Part shown: piece after piece, positions 52,525-61,815 of the stretch
Layout of the letters: each line of letters opens with the position of its first letter
How positions within the stretch are numbered: the stretch's first letter is position 1
Assembly: GCA_964511505.1 (NCBI GenBank)
Contig: CAZEFQ010000168.1
Location: forward strand, 6,553 to 70,552
Origin: an uncultured Rhizobium sp.
GTDB lineage: Bacteria; Pseudomonadota; Alphaproteobacteria; Micropepsales; Micropepsaceae
Direction: 5' to 3'
DNA: 64,000 nt
Notes under the pieces: model-generated
Database searches by the model: none
What the model saw: the letters and a program-made list of their open reading frames with translations, nothing else
What the model was told of the DNA's origin: nothing
Position numbers and translations under genes: made by a program

Positions 52525-52920
52525 ATGCTTGCTGTGGCCAAATCGGGGCAGTTCGCCATAGCAGGGCTGTTTAGAAAGGGCCCGGCAGGTCTGGCCGCGC
52601 TTCTTGCTTTCTGTTGCTATCCGCTTTCGCCGACCTATCCGGCCAGTCTTGCTGAAGGCCGCAGGATGGCGATGGATGCTTGTTCCACCTGTCATCAGGT
52701 GACCCGGAGCCAAAAACCCCCGCAGCCGGTGTTCGATGCGGATGAGGCAAGATATATTTCCGCCCCTTCCTTTGCCGTCATCGCCAAAAAATATCGCGGC
52801 CGGTCCCAGGCGCTTGGCCGGGTCATCCGTGACCCAAAGCACCCCATGCCGGAGCAAGATTGGGACGCGCGCGACCTGCGCGACGTGATTGCCTATTTGC
52901 AATCGATCCCGGCTCCGTAA
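52525..52920 (+). CDS. Monoheme cytochrome c (start uncertain)
   Basis: CSTCH, APSF, HPMP, VIAYL. Confidence 0.75.
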   Translation: MLAVAKSGQFAIAGLFRKGPAGLAALLAFCCYPLSPTYPASLAEGRRMAMDACSTCHQVTRSQKPPQPVFDADEARYISAPSFAVIAKKYRGRSQALGRVIRDPKHPMPEQDWDARDLRDVIAYLQSIPAP

Positions 52921-52941
52921 AACCAGGATACCCCGCCTTCT

Positions 52942-52955
52942 TTGCGCCGGATCAA
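52942..52955. promoter_or_regulatory. FNR/FixK-type box upstream of cheB-like gene
   Basis: TTGCG-CCGG-ATCAA; centre 41.5 bp before ATG 52990. Confidence 0.72.
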
Positions 52956-52989
52956 TGCCTGCCCGGGCGTTTCTGAAGATGCTTCAAAA

Positions 52990-53589
52990 ATGTCTACCCT
53001 GCATCATCCTGACATTATCGCCATCGGCGGGTCGGCCGGGAGCATCGATGGCATCTGCAGGATCATGAGGCATTTTCCTTCGGACTTGCCGGCTACGGTG
53101 CTTGTCGTCACGCACAGGCCCGCCGGCATGCAAAGTCACCTCCCGCAGATCATTCAGCGAGAGACCGGCCTTGCCACCCGGATTGCCCGGGAAGGAGACC
53201 CACTGTTGCATGGCTGCTGTTTTGTCAGTCCGCCCGCGTATCATCTGACCGTCGACCCGCAATCTCACATCCGGTTGGTCGGTGACGGCTTTCATCGCGG
53301 CAGGGGCGTGGACCTTCTTTTTCATTCCCTGGCGGCGAACGCCGGGAAACGGACGATCGGCGTGATACTAAGCGGCATGCTGGCCGATGGATCGGCGGGA
53401 CTTGCCGCGATCAAGACGGCTGGAGGCGTCGCGCTGGTGCAGAGCCCGACTGACGCTGAGTTTATCAGCATGCCGCGTCACGCTCTTGAGCGCGATGGTC
53501 CTGTGGACTTTGTTGGGCCGGCTGATCTGCTTGCAGCGGAAATATTGCGGCGGGTCGGCGCTGTGCCCTTGGCCAGGCAGCTTCATTGA
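52990..53589 (+). CDS. Stand-alone CheB methylesterase domain
   Basis: [29 protein letters not shown]; no receiver domain. Confidence 0.85.
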   Translation: MSTLHHPDIIAIGGSAGSIDGICRIMRHFPSDLPATVLVVTHRPAGMQSHLPQIIQRETGLATRIAREGDPLLHGCCFVSPPAYHLTVDPQSHIRLVGDGFHRGRGVDLLFHSLAANAGKRTIGVILSGMLADGSAGLAAIKTAGGVALVQSPTDAEFISMPRHALERDGPVDFVGPADLLAAEILRRVGAVPLARQLH

Positions 53590-53674
53590 CGACAAGTTAT
53601 TCTTTTGTCGTTGGAAGGTGACGCAGGCTGGCTACAATGCCATCGTTGATCCCATGTTCCGGTGCGAGGGAGTC

Positions 53675-56041
53675 ATGAATCGCAAGCAAGCCCGCAAGCC
53701 GACCGATTTCGCCGTTCTCGACCGCTATTGGCAGGCCGCCAATTTTCTTTCGGTGGGTCAGGTTTATCTGCAGGCCAATGCGCTGCTTCGGGAGCCGTTG
53801 AAACTGGAGCATGTCAAGCCCCGGCTCCTTGGTCATTGGGGCACCACCCCCGGGCTCAATTTCATTTATGCGCATCTCAATCGCATCATAAAAGAGCGGG
53901 ATCTCAACATGATCCTGATCACCGGGCCCGGCCATGGCGGTCCCGGACTGGTGGCGAACGCCTATCTCGAGGGGTCTTACACCGAACGTTTTCCGGCCAT
54001 CGAGCGCAACGCCAACGGCATTGAGCGGCTGATGCGCCAATTCTCCTGGCCTTATGGCGTACCCAGCCATGCCGCGCCGGAAACGCCGGGCTCCATCCAT
54101 GAGGGCGGGGAGTTGGGCTATTCGCTGGCACATGCCTATGGCGCGGCATTCGACAATCCGGACCTGATCGTGGCCTGTGTCGTGGGCGACGGGGAGGCGG
54201 AGACCGGCCCCCTGGCCACCTCCTGGCACTCCAACAAGTTTCTCGATCCCCGGCGCGACGGCGCGGTGCTGCCCATTCTTCATCTCAATGGCTACAAGAT
54301 CGCCAATCCTACCGTGCTTGCCCGCATCCAACGCAGTGAGTTGAGCGCCTTGCTCAAGGGCTATGGCTATGAACCCATATTCGTTGAAGGCCATGATCCC
54401 ATGCCGATGCACCGCAAGATGGCATCGGCCCTGGACAAGTGCATCAGCACGATCCGGGCGGTCCAAAGAAGGGCGCGCACCGGACGCGGCTCTTTGCGGC
54501 GTCCCCGCTGGCCCATGATCGTCCTGGTGACACCCAAGGGTTGGACCGGACCCAAAAAGGTGGATGGACTGCCGGCGGAAGGTAGCTGGCGTTCACACCA
54601 GGTACCGATCACCCACATGGATAAAAAGGGGCATGTCGCGCTGCTTGAACGCTGGATGAAAGGCTACCGGCCTGACCGGTTGTTCGACCAACACGGCAAG
54701 CTCAGCGAAGAACTGGCCGCCCTGGCCCCCACCGGACACCGCCGGCTGGGCATGAATCCCCATGCCAATGGCGGCGAATTGCTGGTGCCGCTTTCCTTGC
54801 CGCAGTTCCGGGATTTCTCGGTGACGGTTAAGGCACCGGGACAGGTCCAAGCTGAGGCCACCCGTATATTGGGTGAATATCTGCGGGAAGTTTTCACGTT
54901 GAACGCCGGCAACAATAATTTCCGGCTCTTCGGGCCGGACGAGACCGCCTCCAATCGCCTTGATGCCGTCTACCAAGCCACCGGCAAGACCTGGATGGCC
55001 GCCCGGCTTGCCACCGATTGCGATCTGGCGCCGGACGGGCGGGTGATGGAGATACTCAGCGAACATATGTGCCAGGGTTGGCTGGAAGGTTATCTTCTCA
55101 CCGGCCGGCACGGATTTTTCAGCTGTTATGAGGCCTTTGTCCACATCGTCGATTCCATGGTCAACCAGCACGCCAAGTGGATCAAATCGTGCAAGGACAT
55201 TGCCTGGCGCGCTCCCATCGCTTCCCTCAATTATCTGCTCACCAGCCATGTCTGGCGCCAGGACCATAACGGCTTCAGCCATCAGGACCCCGGTTTCATC
55301 GATCATGTGGCGAACAAAAAGCCGGAGATCGCCCGCATCTATTTGCCGCCGGATGCCAATTGCCTTCTGTCCGTGGCCGACCATTGCCTGAAGAGCCGCA
55401 ACTACATCAATGTGATTGTGGCCGGCAAACAGCCCGCTTGGCAGTGGCTGGACATGGACCGCGCCGTGCGCCATTGCGTGGCGGGGGCCGGCATATGGGA
55501 ATGGGCCGGCCACAAGGGAGAGGATCCCGATATCGTCATGGCTTCGGCCGGCGATGTCCCCACCATGGAGATGCTGGCGGCGGTGATGCTTCTGCGCGAG
55601 CATGTGCCCGGCCTGCGCATCCGCGTGGTCAATGTGGTGGACCTGATGACCTTATGGCCGGCAGATGAGCATCCCCACGGCCTCAATGACCATGATTTTG
55701 GCTCCCTCTTCACCAAGGACCGGCCGGTGATCTTCGCCTATCACGGCTATCCGACGCTGATCCACAAGCTTACTTACAACCGCGCCAACCACGCCAATTT
55801 TCACGTTCACGGCTTCAATGAAGAAGGCACAACCACCACGCCTTTCGACATGGTTGTTCTCAACAAGCTCGATCGCTTTTCCTTGATGCGCAACGCAGTC
55901 CGGCGGCTTCCGCAGCTGGCGTCGCGGGTGGCGGAGATAGACGAGATCTATTGGGGCGCCATGGAACGCCACAAGCTCCATATCAGCGAGCATGGCACGG
56001 ACATGCCGGAAGTGGCCGATTGGCGCTGGACGCCGGGATAG
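53675..56041 (+). CDS. xfp: Xylulose-5-P/fructose-6-P phosphoketolase
   Basis: [46 protein letters not shown]. Confidence 0.96.
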   Translation: MNRKQARKPTDFAVLDRYWQAANFLSVGQVYLQANALLREPLKLEHVKPRLLGHWGTTPGLNFIYAHLNRIIKERDLNMILITGPGHGGPGLVANAYLEGSYTERFPAIERNANGIERLMRQFSWPYGVPSHAAPETPGSIHEGGELGYSLAHAYGAAFDNPDLIVACVVGDGEAETGPLATSWHSNKFLDPRRDGAVLPILHLNGYKIANPTVLARIQRSELSALLKGYGYEPIFVEGHDPMPMHRKMASALDKCISTIRAVQRRARTGRGSLRRPRWPMIVLVTPKGWTGPKKVDGLPAEGSWRSHQVPITHMDKKGHVALLERWMKGYRPDRLFDQHGKLSEELAALAPTGHRRLGMNPHANGGELLVPLSLPQFRDFSVTVKAPGQVQAEATRILGEYLREVFTLNAGNNNFRLFGPDETASNRLDAVYQATGKTWMAARLATDCDLAPDGRVMEILSEHMCQGWLEGYLLTGRHGFFSCYEAFVHIVDSMVNQHAKWIKSCKDIAWRAPIASLNYLLTSHVWRQDHNGFSHQDPGFIDHVANKKPEIARIYLPPDANCLLSVADHCLKSRNYINVIVAGKQPAWQWLDMDRAVRHCVAGAGIWEWAGHKGEDPDIVMASAGDVPTMEMLAAVMLLREHVPGLRIRVVNVVDLMTLWPADEHPHGLNDHDFGSLFTKDRPVIFAYHGYPTLIHKLTYNRANHANFHVHGFNEEGTTTTPFDMVVLNKLDRFSLMRNAVRRLPQLASRVAEIDEIYWGAMERHKLHISEHGTDMPEVADWRWTPG

Positions 56042-56048
56042 AGACGCG

Positions 56049-57125
56049 ATGAATATCTTGGCGTTGAACGCCGGCTCTTCTTCGCTCAAGTTCCGGCTGG
56101 GACCGCCCGAAGGTCCTGCCCGGTTCACGGGTGAGGCCCAAGGCTTTGGTCACACGCCGGCATTCGATATCAGAGATGCGAGCGGCGCAAAAGTGACGGA
56201 AGCGGCCCATCCCACCCTGGCCGATGCCGCCAAAGCGGTGCTCGATTTTGCCGGCCGCCAGGCAAAACCCGACGCCATTGGCCATCGCTTCGTCCATGGC
56301 GGTCCCGGTCTCCTCAGCCACCGGCGCATCGACGTCGAGGTGCGGGCTGCGCTGATCGCCGCGTCCCAGTTCGCCCCTTTGCACAATCCGCCGGCACTGG
56401 AGGTTCTGGCGCTCAGCGATGCCGTGTTCCCCGGATTGCCGCAGGTCGCCTGCCTGGATACCGCCTTTCATGCGGACATGCCGCTTTTGGCGCAGCGCCT
56501 GCCGCTGCCCGCGAACCGTCTTCCGCCGGGCCTTCGCCGTTACGGCTTTCACGGCCTTTCCTGCGAATCCATCCTGGAGCAGTTCGATACCGTGCCGCCG
56601 CGCCTGGTGATCGCCCATCTGGGCGGGGGTGCCAGTGTCACTGCCGTCAAGAATGGCCGCTCTCTCGACAGCAGCATGGGATTGACTCCCACCGGCGGCC
56701 TGATGATGGAAACCCGCAGTGGCGATCTCGATCCGGGCGTGTTGATCTACCTGTTGCGCCGGGGCGAGACGGCGGATTCGCTGGAACAGCTTGTCAATCG
56801 GCAAAGCGGCCTTGCCGGCATATCCGGCCAGGCTGATTTGCGCGCGGTCCGGGCTTTGAACGATGCGAACGGGACACTGGCTTTGGAGATGTTTGCCATC
56901 AGCGCCGCAAAGGCCATAGCCGCGATGGCCGCGGTGCTGGACGGCATGGATATGCTCGTTTTTACCGGCGGCATAGGGGAGCATGATGGCGGCATGCGGG
57001 AGGCGATCGGGGCCCGGTTGGGCTGGATGGGAAAATTTTCCGTCCAGGTGCTTCCGGCCAGGGAGGAAATCGTCATCGCCAGGCACACCGCCAGGCTGGC
57101 GGGGGCGGGAACCATCCCAGCTTAA
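56049..57125 (+). CDS. ackA: Acetate kinase
   Basis: NAGSSSLK, HRFVHGG, APLHN, DTAFH, YGFHG, SMGLTP, FTGGIGE. Confidence 0.94.
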   Translation: MNILALNAGSSSLKFRLGPPEGPARFTGEAQGFGHTPAFDIRDASGAKVTEAAHPTLADAAKAVLDFAGRQAKPDAIGHRFVHGGPGLLSHRRIDVEVRAALIAASQFAPLHNPPALEVLALSDAVFPGLPQVACLDTAFHADMPLLAQRLPLPANRLPPGLRRYGFHGLSCESILEQFDTVPPRLVIAHLGGGASVTAVKNGRSLDSSMGLTPTGGLMMETRSGDLDPGVLIYLLRRGETADSLEQLVNRQSGLAGISGQADLRAVRALNDANGTLALEMFAISAAKAIAAMAAVLDGMDMLVFTGGIGEHDGGMREAIGARLGWMGKFSVQVLPAREEIVIARHTARLAGAGTIPA

Positions 57126-57188
57126 GCCCGGAATTCGCAGGTCCGGGGCTGTATTTGCATGCCGGTCCGCTTCCTTTCCCGCTTGGAC

Positions 57189-57202
57189 TTGATCTGGGAC
57201 AA
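57189..57202. promoter_or_regulatory. FNR/FixK-type box upstream of hdeD-like gene
   Basis: TTGAT-CTGG-GACAA. Confidence 0.55.
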
Positions 57203-57317
57203 GCCGCTCCCGGCCCGCATGTGCTTTCCTTCCGTCGTGAAGGAAAAAGCTCATGCGCGCTGTCGATAAGACCGAATTCTACAAGGCTGCCATGGAACGG
57301 GCGGACTGGCAGCCGGA

Positions 57318-57911
57318 ATGACCACGTTAACCAGATCCCTGCGTGATTTCTGGGCCTTCCTGGTCACGGAAGGGGTCATTTTGATCGTGCTGGGCATGCT
57401 GGCGATCGCGACGCCTCCCGTCTTCGGCCTTTTCTTTGTTGCCCTGCTGGGTTGGCTGTTGATAGTCAGCGGCCTGACGTCATTGATCGTCACCGCACTC
57501 ACCCCTTACGCACCCGGTTTCAAATGGGCGCTGCTGTCCTCGATGCTGACGGTTGTGGTCGGAATCTTTCTGTTCCTTGGCCCAAAACAGGACATGACGG
57601 TCATTGCCTTCTCCCTGGCGGCGTTCCTTTTCCTCGACGGCCTCCTTTCCATCCTCATTGCCCTTGAGCATCGCCGGAGGCTCACTCTCAAATGGATTTG
57701 GCTCCTGATGATCGGCGCCGCCGATCTCCTTTTGGCGATGGTCATGACGATCATTCTTCCGGGATTGGATGCGTGGCTGATAGGTGCCATCGTGGGGATC
57801 GACATGCTGGTGAGCGGCCTTGCCCTGGTCGTTACCGGCATTGACCTGCGCGCCCTGCCACGAGCGCACCCGCATCATGCCGGTTCACATCCACGCAAGG
57901 GCGCGGCCTGA
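57318..57911 (+). CDS. HdeD/DUF308 membrane protein
   Basis: EGVILIVLG.LAI..P, six TM segments, GIDML.SG. Confidence 0.85.
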   Translation: MTTLTRSLRDFWAFLVTEGVILIVLGMLAIATPPVFGLFFVALLGWLLIVSGLTSLIVTALTPYAPGFKWALLSSMLTVVVGIFLFLGPKQDMTVIAFSLAAFLFLDGLLSILIALEHRRRLTLKWIWLLMIGAADLLLAMVMTIILPGLDAWLIGAIVGIDMLVSGLALVVTGIDLRALPRAHPHHAGSHPRKGAA

Positions 57912-57947
57912 CGACGGCCGGCACGGGAATGGCCGGCGATCCAGGAC

Positions 57948-59252
57948 TTAGTCTTCGGTCTTTCCCGGAAATGTCTCCGGAAGTGCGGCGAGCACCGGCA
58001 GGAAAGCGAACGCCACGGCGGTAATCATGATCCCGGGAATCAGGGGCATGCCGGTGCGATCCATCAAAATCTGGGCGATGTAAGGCGTGGCGCCCCCGAA
58101 GATCGCGGTGGCCGATGTTGCTCCCAGCGCGAGTCCGGTAAGACGTCCCTCGCCGGGAAACTGCTCTGCGGTCGCAACCGCCCCAACCGCGCTGACGCCG
58201 CCCGCGATCAGGGCCAGGACAATCGCCCCAAAAAGCGCCCAAGGTCCGGAATTCCCGCTCATCGTTGAAAACAGGGGAATGGAAAGAAGGGCGCCTGCCG
58301 CTGTAAGAACCGCCAAAACCGGCTTGCGGCCGAAACGGTCCGACAAGGCTCCCGTCACCGGGGTCACCAGGATGACCGCCAGCGCCGCAACGGCCGAAAG
58401 CCACAGCGATTCGCCTTCGCCGAACGATCCCGTGGAGGTGAGAAACGCCGGCACATAGGTGATCCCGACATAGTAGGTGATCGAACCCAAAGCCGAGATG
58501 GCAAAGGACCGGGCGATGCCGGCCCGGTGATTGAGGAGGGTGTAGTACAAAGGCTTTAACGGCACCGTTCCGGCGGTTTGCTGGCGCCGGAACTCCGGCG
58601 ATTCTTCCATGGTCGCGCGTGCGATCCACACGCTCGCCGCCAGGCCGGCACCGAAGAGAAAAGGGATCCGCCATCCCCAGGCCTCCAGGGCCGTGGCGCT
58701 GACCACGCTGACCGTCAGGGCGGACAGGCCGACGGCCAACAGGCCGCCGATCTCGCTGGCCGCGGAGGCAAGGGAGGTGATCAGGCCGCGCCGGCTGCGG
58801 GGTGCGCCTTCCAGCATATAAGCCACGACCACGCTGTATTCGCCGCCCACCGAAAAACCCATGACACCGCGAAGAAGGAAAAGAAGCCAGCCGGCCAGGC
58901 CGCCGATCCGGGCATGGGTGGGAAGCAGAGCGGTGCCAAGCATGGTCAGGGTCATGATGGCGACGGACAGGAGCATCATCCGGCGGCGGCCGAACCTGTC
59001 CCCCACATGGCCAAAGACGATCGCCCCCAGCGGGCGCAGAAGATAGGCGATGGCGAAACCGGCCAGGGTGGTGGCAAGCGCGGCTTTGTCGCCGCCAAAG
59101 AACACGCGCGACAATACGGTGGCAAAATAGAGGTACAGGGTGAAATCGTACCATTCCACAATGGTGGAGAAGGCCGCGACGGCCAGCGAACCTCTCGACA
59201 TACCGGTCTTCCGTTCTTCGGGTTCCTCCATAAGTGCTGGCACGGCGATCAA
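57948..59252 (-). CDS. MFS transporter, metabolite:H+ symporter (ProP-like)
   Basis: EWYDF, RPLG..FG..GDRFGRR, GFSVGGE, WGWRIPF; start uncertain. Confidence 0.9.
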   Translation of the reverse strand: MIAVPALMEEPEERKTGMSRGSLAVAAFSTIVEWYDFTLYLYFATVLSRVFFGGDKAALATTLAGFAIAYLLRPLGAIVFGHVGDRFGRRRMMLLSVAIMTLTMLGTALLPTHARIGGLAGWLLFLLRGVMGFSVGGEYSVVVAYMLEGAPRSRRGLITSLASAASEIGGLLAVGLSALTVSVVSATALEAWGWRIPFLFGAGLAASVWIARATMEESPEFRRQQTAGTVPLKPLYYTLLNHRAGIARSFAISALGSITYYVGITYVPAFLTSTGSFGEGESLWLSAVAALAVILVTPVTGALSDRFGRKPVLAVLTAAGALLSIPLFSTMSGNSGPWALFGAIVLALIAGGVSAVGAVATAEQFPGEGRLTGLALGATSATAIFGGATPYIAQILMDRTGMPLIPGIMITAVAFAFLPVLAALPETFPGKTED

Positions 59253-60526
59253 GTCGGCTCGGCGGCCAGCTTCCGTGGGCTGGTGCGGCTCAGGAGCAAG
59301 ACAATCGCCGCGGAGAGCGCCGGCGCGATGGCGAGCATGGCCATTCCCATCGCGAAGCTGCCGGTGGTTTGGCGCATCAAGCCGAGAAGGTAAGGACCGA
59401 AAAAGCCGCCGCCTCCGGTGCCTATCGCATTGATGAAGGCAATTCCGCCCGCCGCCGCTGCGCCGCGCAGATAAGCGGAAGGCAACACCCAGAAGGGGCC
59501 TTGCAAAGCCAGTGCCCCGATCAGCACCAGCGACAGCGCCAGCAGGATACCCAGATTGGAGTGAAGGAGGCTGGCGGTGAAAAGAGACATCGCCATCAGC
59601 ATGGCGGGCAGCGCGACATGCCAGATGCGCTCACCGCTTCTGTCGCTGTTCCGGCCCCAAAAAATCATGGCGAACAGGCTCGCGATATAGGGGAGGGCGA
59701 CCACAAAGCCCGTGGCGAGGTTGGAGACGCCCATGCCTTGCACGATCTGGGGCAGCCAGAGCCCGACGCCGTAATTCCCCATCGCATAGCCGAAATAAAC
59801 AACGGCCAGGGCGTAAACGCGTGGATCGGCAAAAACCGGCCAGAAGCGCACATGCGCGGCCGTGTCCTCGCCTTGCAGCTCCCCGGCAATAAAAGCCTTC
59901 TCCTCCGGGCTGAGCCATGGCGCCTTGCCCGGCCGGTCGGGAAACAGTCCCAACACAAAAACAGAGAGAAGGATCGCCGGCGCGGCTTCGATCAGGAACA
60001 GCCATTGCCAGCCTTTGAGCCCGTAAAAACCGTTCATCCCGAGAATGAGGCTGGAGAGCGGCGCTCCTGCGATATTCGCGAGCGGCAGCGCCGCCATGAA
60101 TATGGCCACCAGGCGGGCGCGGTAATCCTTGGGGAACCAATAGGTGAAGTAGAGGATCATGCCGGGATAGAAGCCCGCTTCCACCAGTCCCAGGCCTATC
60201 CGCACGGCATAAAAGCCGGTTGCGCCGGATATGGCAGCGTTCAATGCCGAAAGCACGCCCCATGAAAGCAAGATCAGGAAGATCCAGCGCCTTGCACCCA
60301 CCCGCTCCAAGACCAGGTTGGCGGGGACTTGGAAAAGAGCGTAGCCGAGAAAGAACACGCCGGCGCCGAAGCCATAGACGGTCGGGCCAAAGCCCAGGTC
60401 GCGATTCATGGTCAGCGCCGCGAAGCCCACATTCACGCGGTCCATGATGTTGACGAAATAGAGCAGCGTCATCAGCGGTACCAGCCGCCAGGCGCATTTG
60501 GCGAAGACCTGATCGCGTTCGGGCAT
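59249..60526 (-). CDS. MFS transporter, ACS family (TtuB-like organic acid permease)
   Basis: DRVNVGFA, QVPAN, EAGFYPG, TYWFP, GWQWLF. Confidence 0.9.
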   Translation of the reverse strand: MPERDQVFAKCAWRLVPLMTLLYFVNIMDRVNVGFAALTMNRDLGFGPTVYGFGAGVFFLGYALFQVPANLVLERVGARRWIFLILLSWGVLSALNAAISGATGFYAVRIGLGLVEAGFYPGMILYFTYWFPKDYRARLVAIFMAALPLANIAGAPLSSLILGMNGFYGLKGWQWLFLIEAAPAILLSVFVLGLFPDRPGKAPWLSPEEKAFIAGELQGEDTAAHVRFWPVFADPRVYALAVVYFGYAMGNYGVGLWLPQIVQGMGVSNLATGFVVALPYIASLFAMIFWGRNSDRSGERIWHVALPAMLMAMSLFTASLLHSNLGILLALSLVLIGALALQGPFWVLPSAYLRGAAAAGGIAFINAIGTGGGGFFGPYLLGLMRQTTGSFAMGMAMLAIAPALSAAIVLLLSRTSPRKLAAEPT

Positions 60527-60620
60527 TTTTCCCCCAACAGGGACTTGGACCATACCCTCGTTTGCTGGTCAAATACTGGATATATGCCTATAAGCTCCGA
60601 ACCGGATTTTTGACAAACGC

Positions 60621-61757
60621 ATGATCGATTGGCCCCAACTCCTGTCGCGCAATGCCGCTGGTCTTGCGACCCCCGCCCTGATCATCGATCTCGAAGCCTT
60701 CGAGAACAACATCCGCAAAATGGCCGATCATTGCCGCGCCGGCCATATCGCGCTCCGGCCGCATGCCAAGACCCACAAAAGCGCAGACGTGGCCAAACGC
60801 CAGCTCGCGGCCGGCGCGATCGGTCAATGCTGCGCCAGCCTGGACGAAGCGGAGATGCTGGCAGGCGCCGGCATTTCCTCGATCCTGATCACATCGCCGC
60901 TGGTGAGCGAATCCTCCATTCAGCGCCTCATGAGATTGAACGCGACCTGTCCCGAACTTCTGGCCGTGGCAGACAGCCGGGATGCCGTGTTCCGGTTGTC
61001 GCAGGCGGCTACCAGCGCGGACAGGGTTTTACGCCTGCTGGTCGATATCGATGTGGGTCATCACCGGACCGGCATTGCCCCCGGAGAACCGGCCTGTGCC
61101 CTGGCCCGGTTGATAAGCGACAATCCCTTTCTCGAATTCGCGGGGATTCAAGGCTATGCCGGGCATCTGATGCATCTTCCCGACCGCCTCTCGCGCCAAA
61201 AACAGTTGGCGGCGGCTTTGGGCGATCTGCGGAATACACGCGACCGGCTCGCAGGCATGGGTTTGCCGCCGCGCATCATTACCGGCGGTGGAACCGGGAG
61301 CTTTGATATCGATCCGTCAGAGCAGATCCTGACGGAGCTGCAGGCCGGCTCCTATATTTTCATGGACCGGCAATATAACGAGGTCTGGGCTGGTGAGTCC
61401 GCTGCCCCGTTTGCGACCTCGCTCTTCGTCTTCTCCACCGTGGTAAGCGCCAATTTTCCGGGGATTGCCACCACCGATGCCGGGCTCAAAGCCTTTTCCA
61501 CCGATGCCGATCCACCTTTGATCGTCTATGGCCCCGGCATGGCGTATTCCTTCTTCGGCGACGAATATGGCCGCCTCACACTGGCGGAAAATGGCCGGGC
61601 GAAAACCGGCGATGCGGTGGTCTGTATCGTCCCCCATTGCGATCCGACCGTGAATTTGTACGGCTCATATATCGTTGTCCGCGGGGGCGAGATTGTGGAC
61701 CGCTGGCCCATCGCCAGCGGCAAATACCGGCAACCGGCGTCCGGCGCGCATTTTTGA
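60621..61757 (+). CDS. DSD1 family PLP enzyme (D-threonine aldolase / hydroxy-D-amino acid lyase-like)
   Basis: TPAL, RPHAKTHK, HRTG, GGGTG, ELQAGSYIFMD, PHCDPTVNL. Confidence 0.88.
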   Translation: MIDWPQLLSRNAAGLATPALIIDLEAFENNIRKMADHCRAGHIALRPHAKTHKSADVAKRQLAAGAIGQCCASLDEAEMLAGAGISSILITSPLVSESSIQRLMRLNATCPELLAVADSRDAVFRLSQAATSADRVLRLLVDIDVGHHRTGIAPGEPACALARLISDNPFLEFAGIQGYAGHLMHLPDRLSRQKQLAAALGDLRNTRDRLAGMGLPPRIITGGGTGSFDIDPSEQILTELQAGSYIFMDRQYNEVWAGESAAPFATSLFVFSTVVSANFPGIATTDAGLKAFSTDADPPLIVYGPGMAYSFFGDEYGRLTLAENGRAKTGDAVVCIVPHCDPTVNLYGSYIVVRGGEIVDRWPIASGKYRQPASGAHF

Positions 61758-61815
61758 GGATGACGGCGGCGGTCGCGCCTCTTACCATATCTGCGAATTT
61801 CTGAGGGGGACTGCA

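Noticed and set aside
53387..53674. N-terminal extensions in the ORF track (xfp, ilvI, ilvC, lysE, ABC permease, MBL)
   Set aside because: They overlap upstream genes or regulatory DNA; family similarity and RBS point to later starts.
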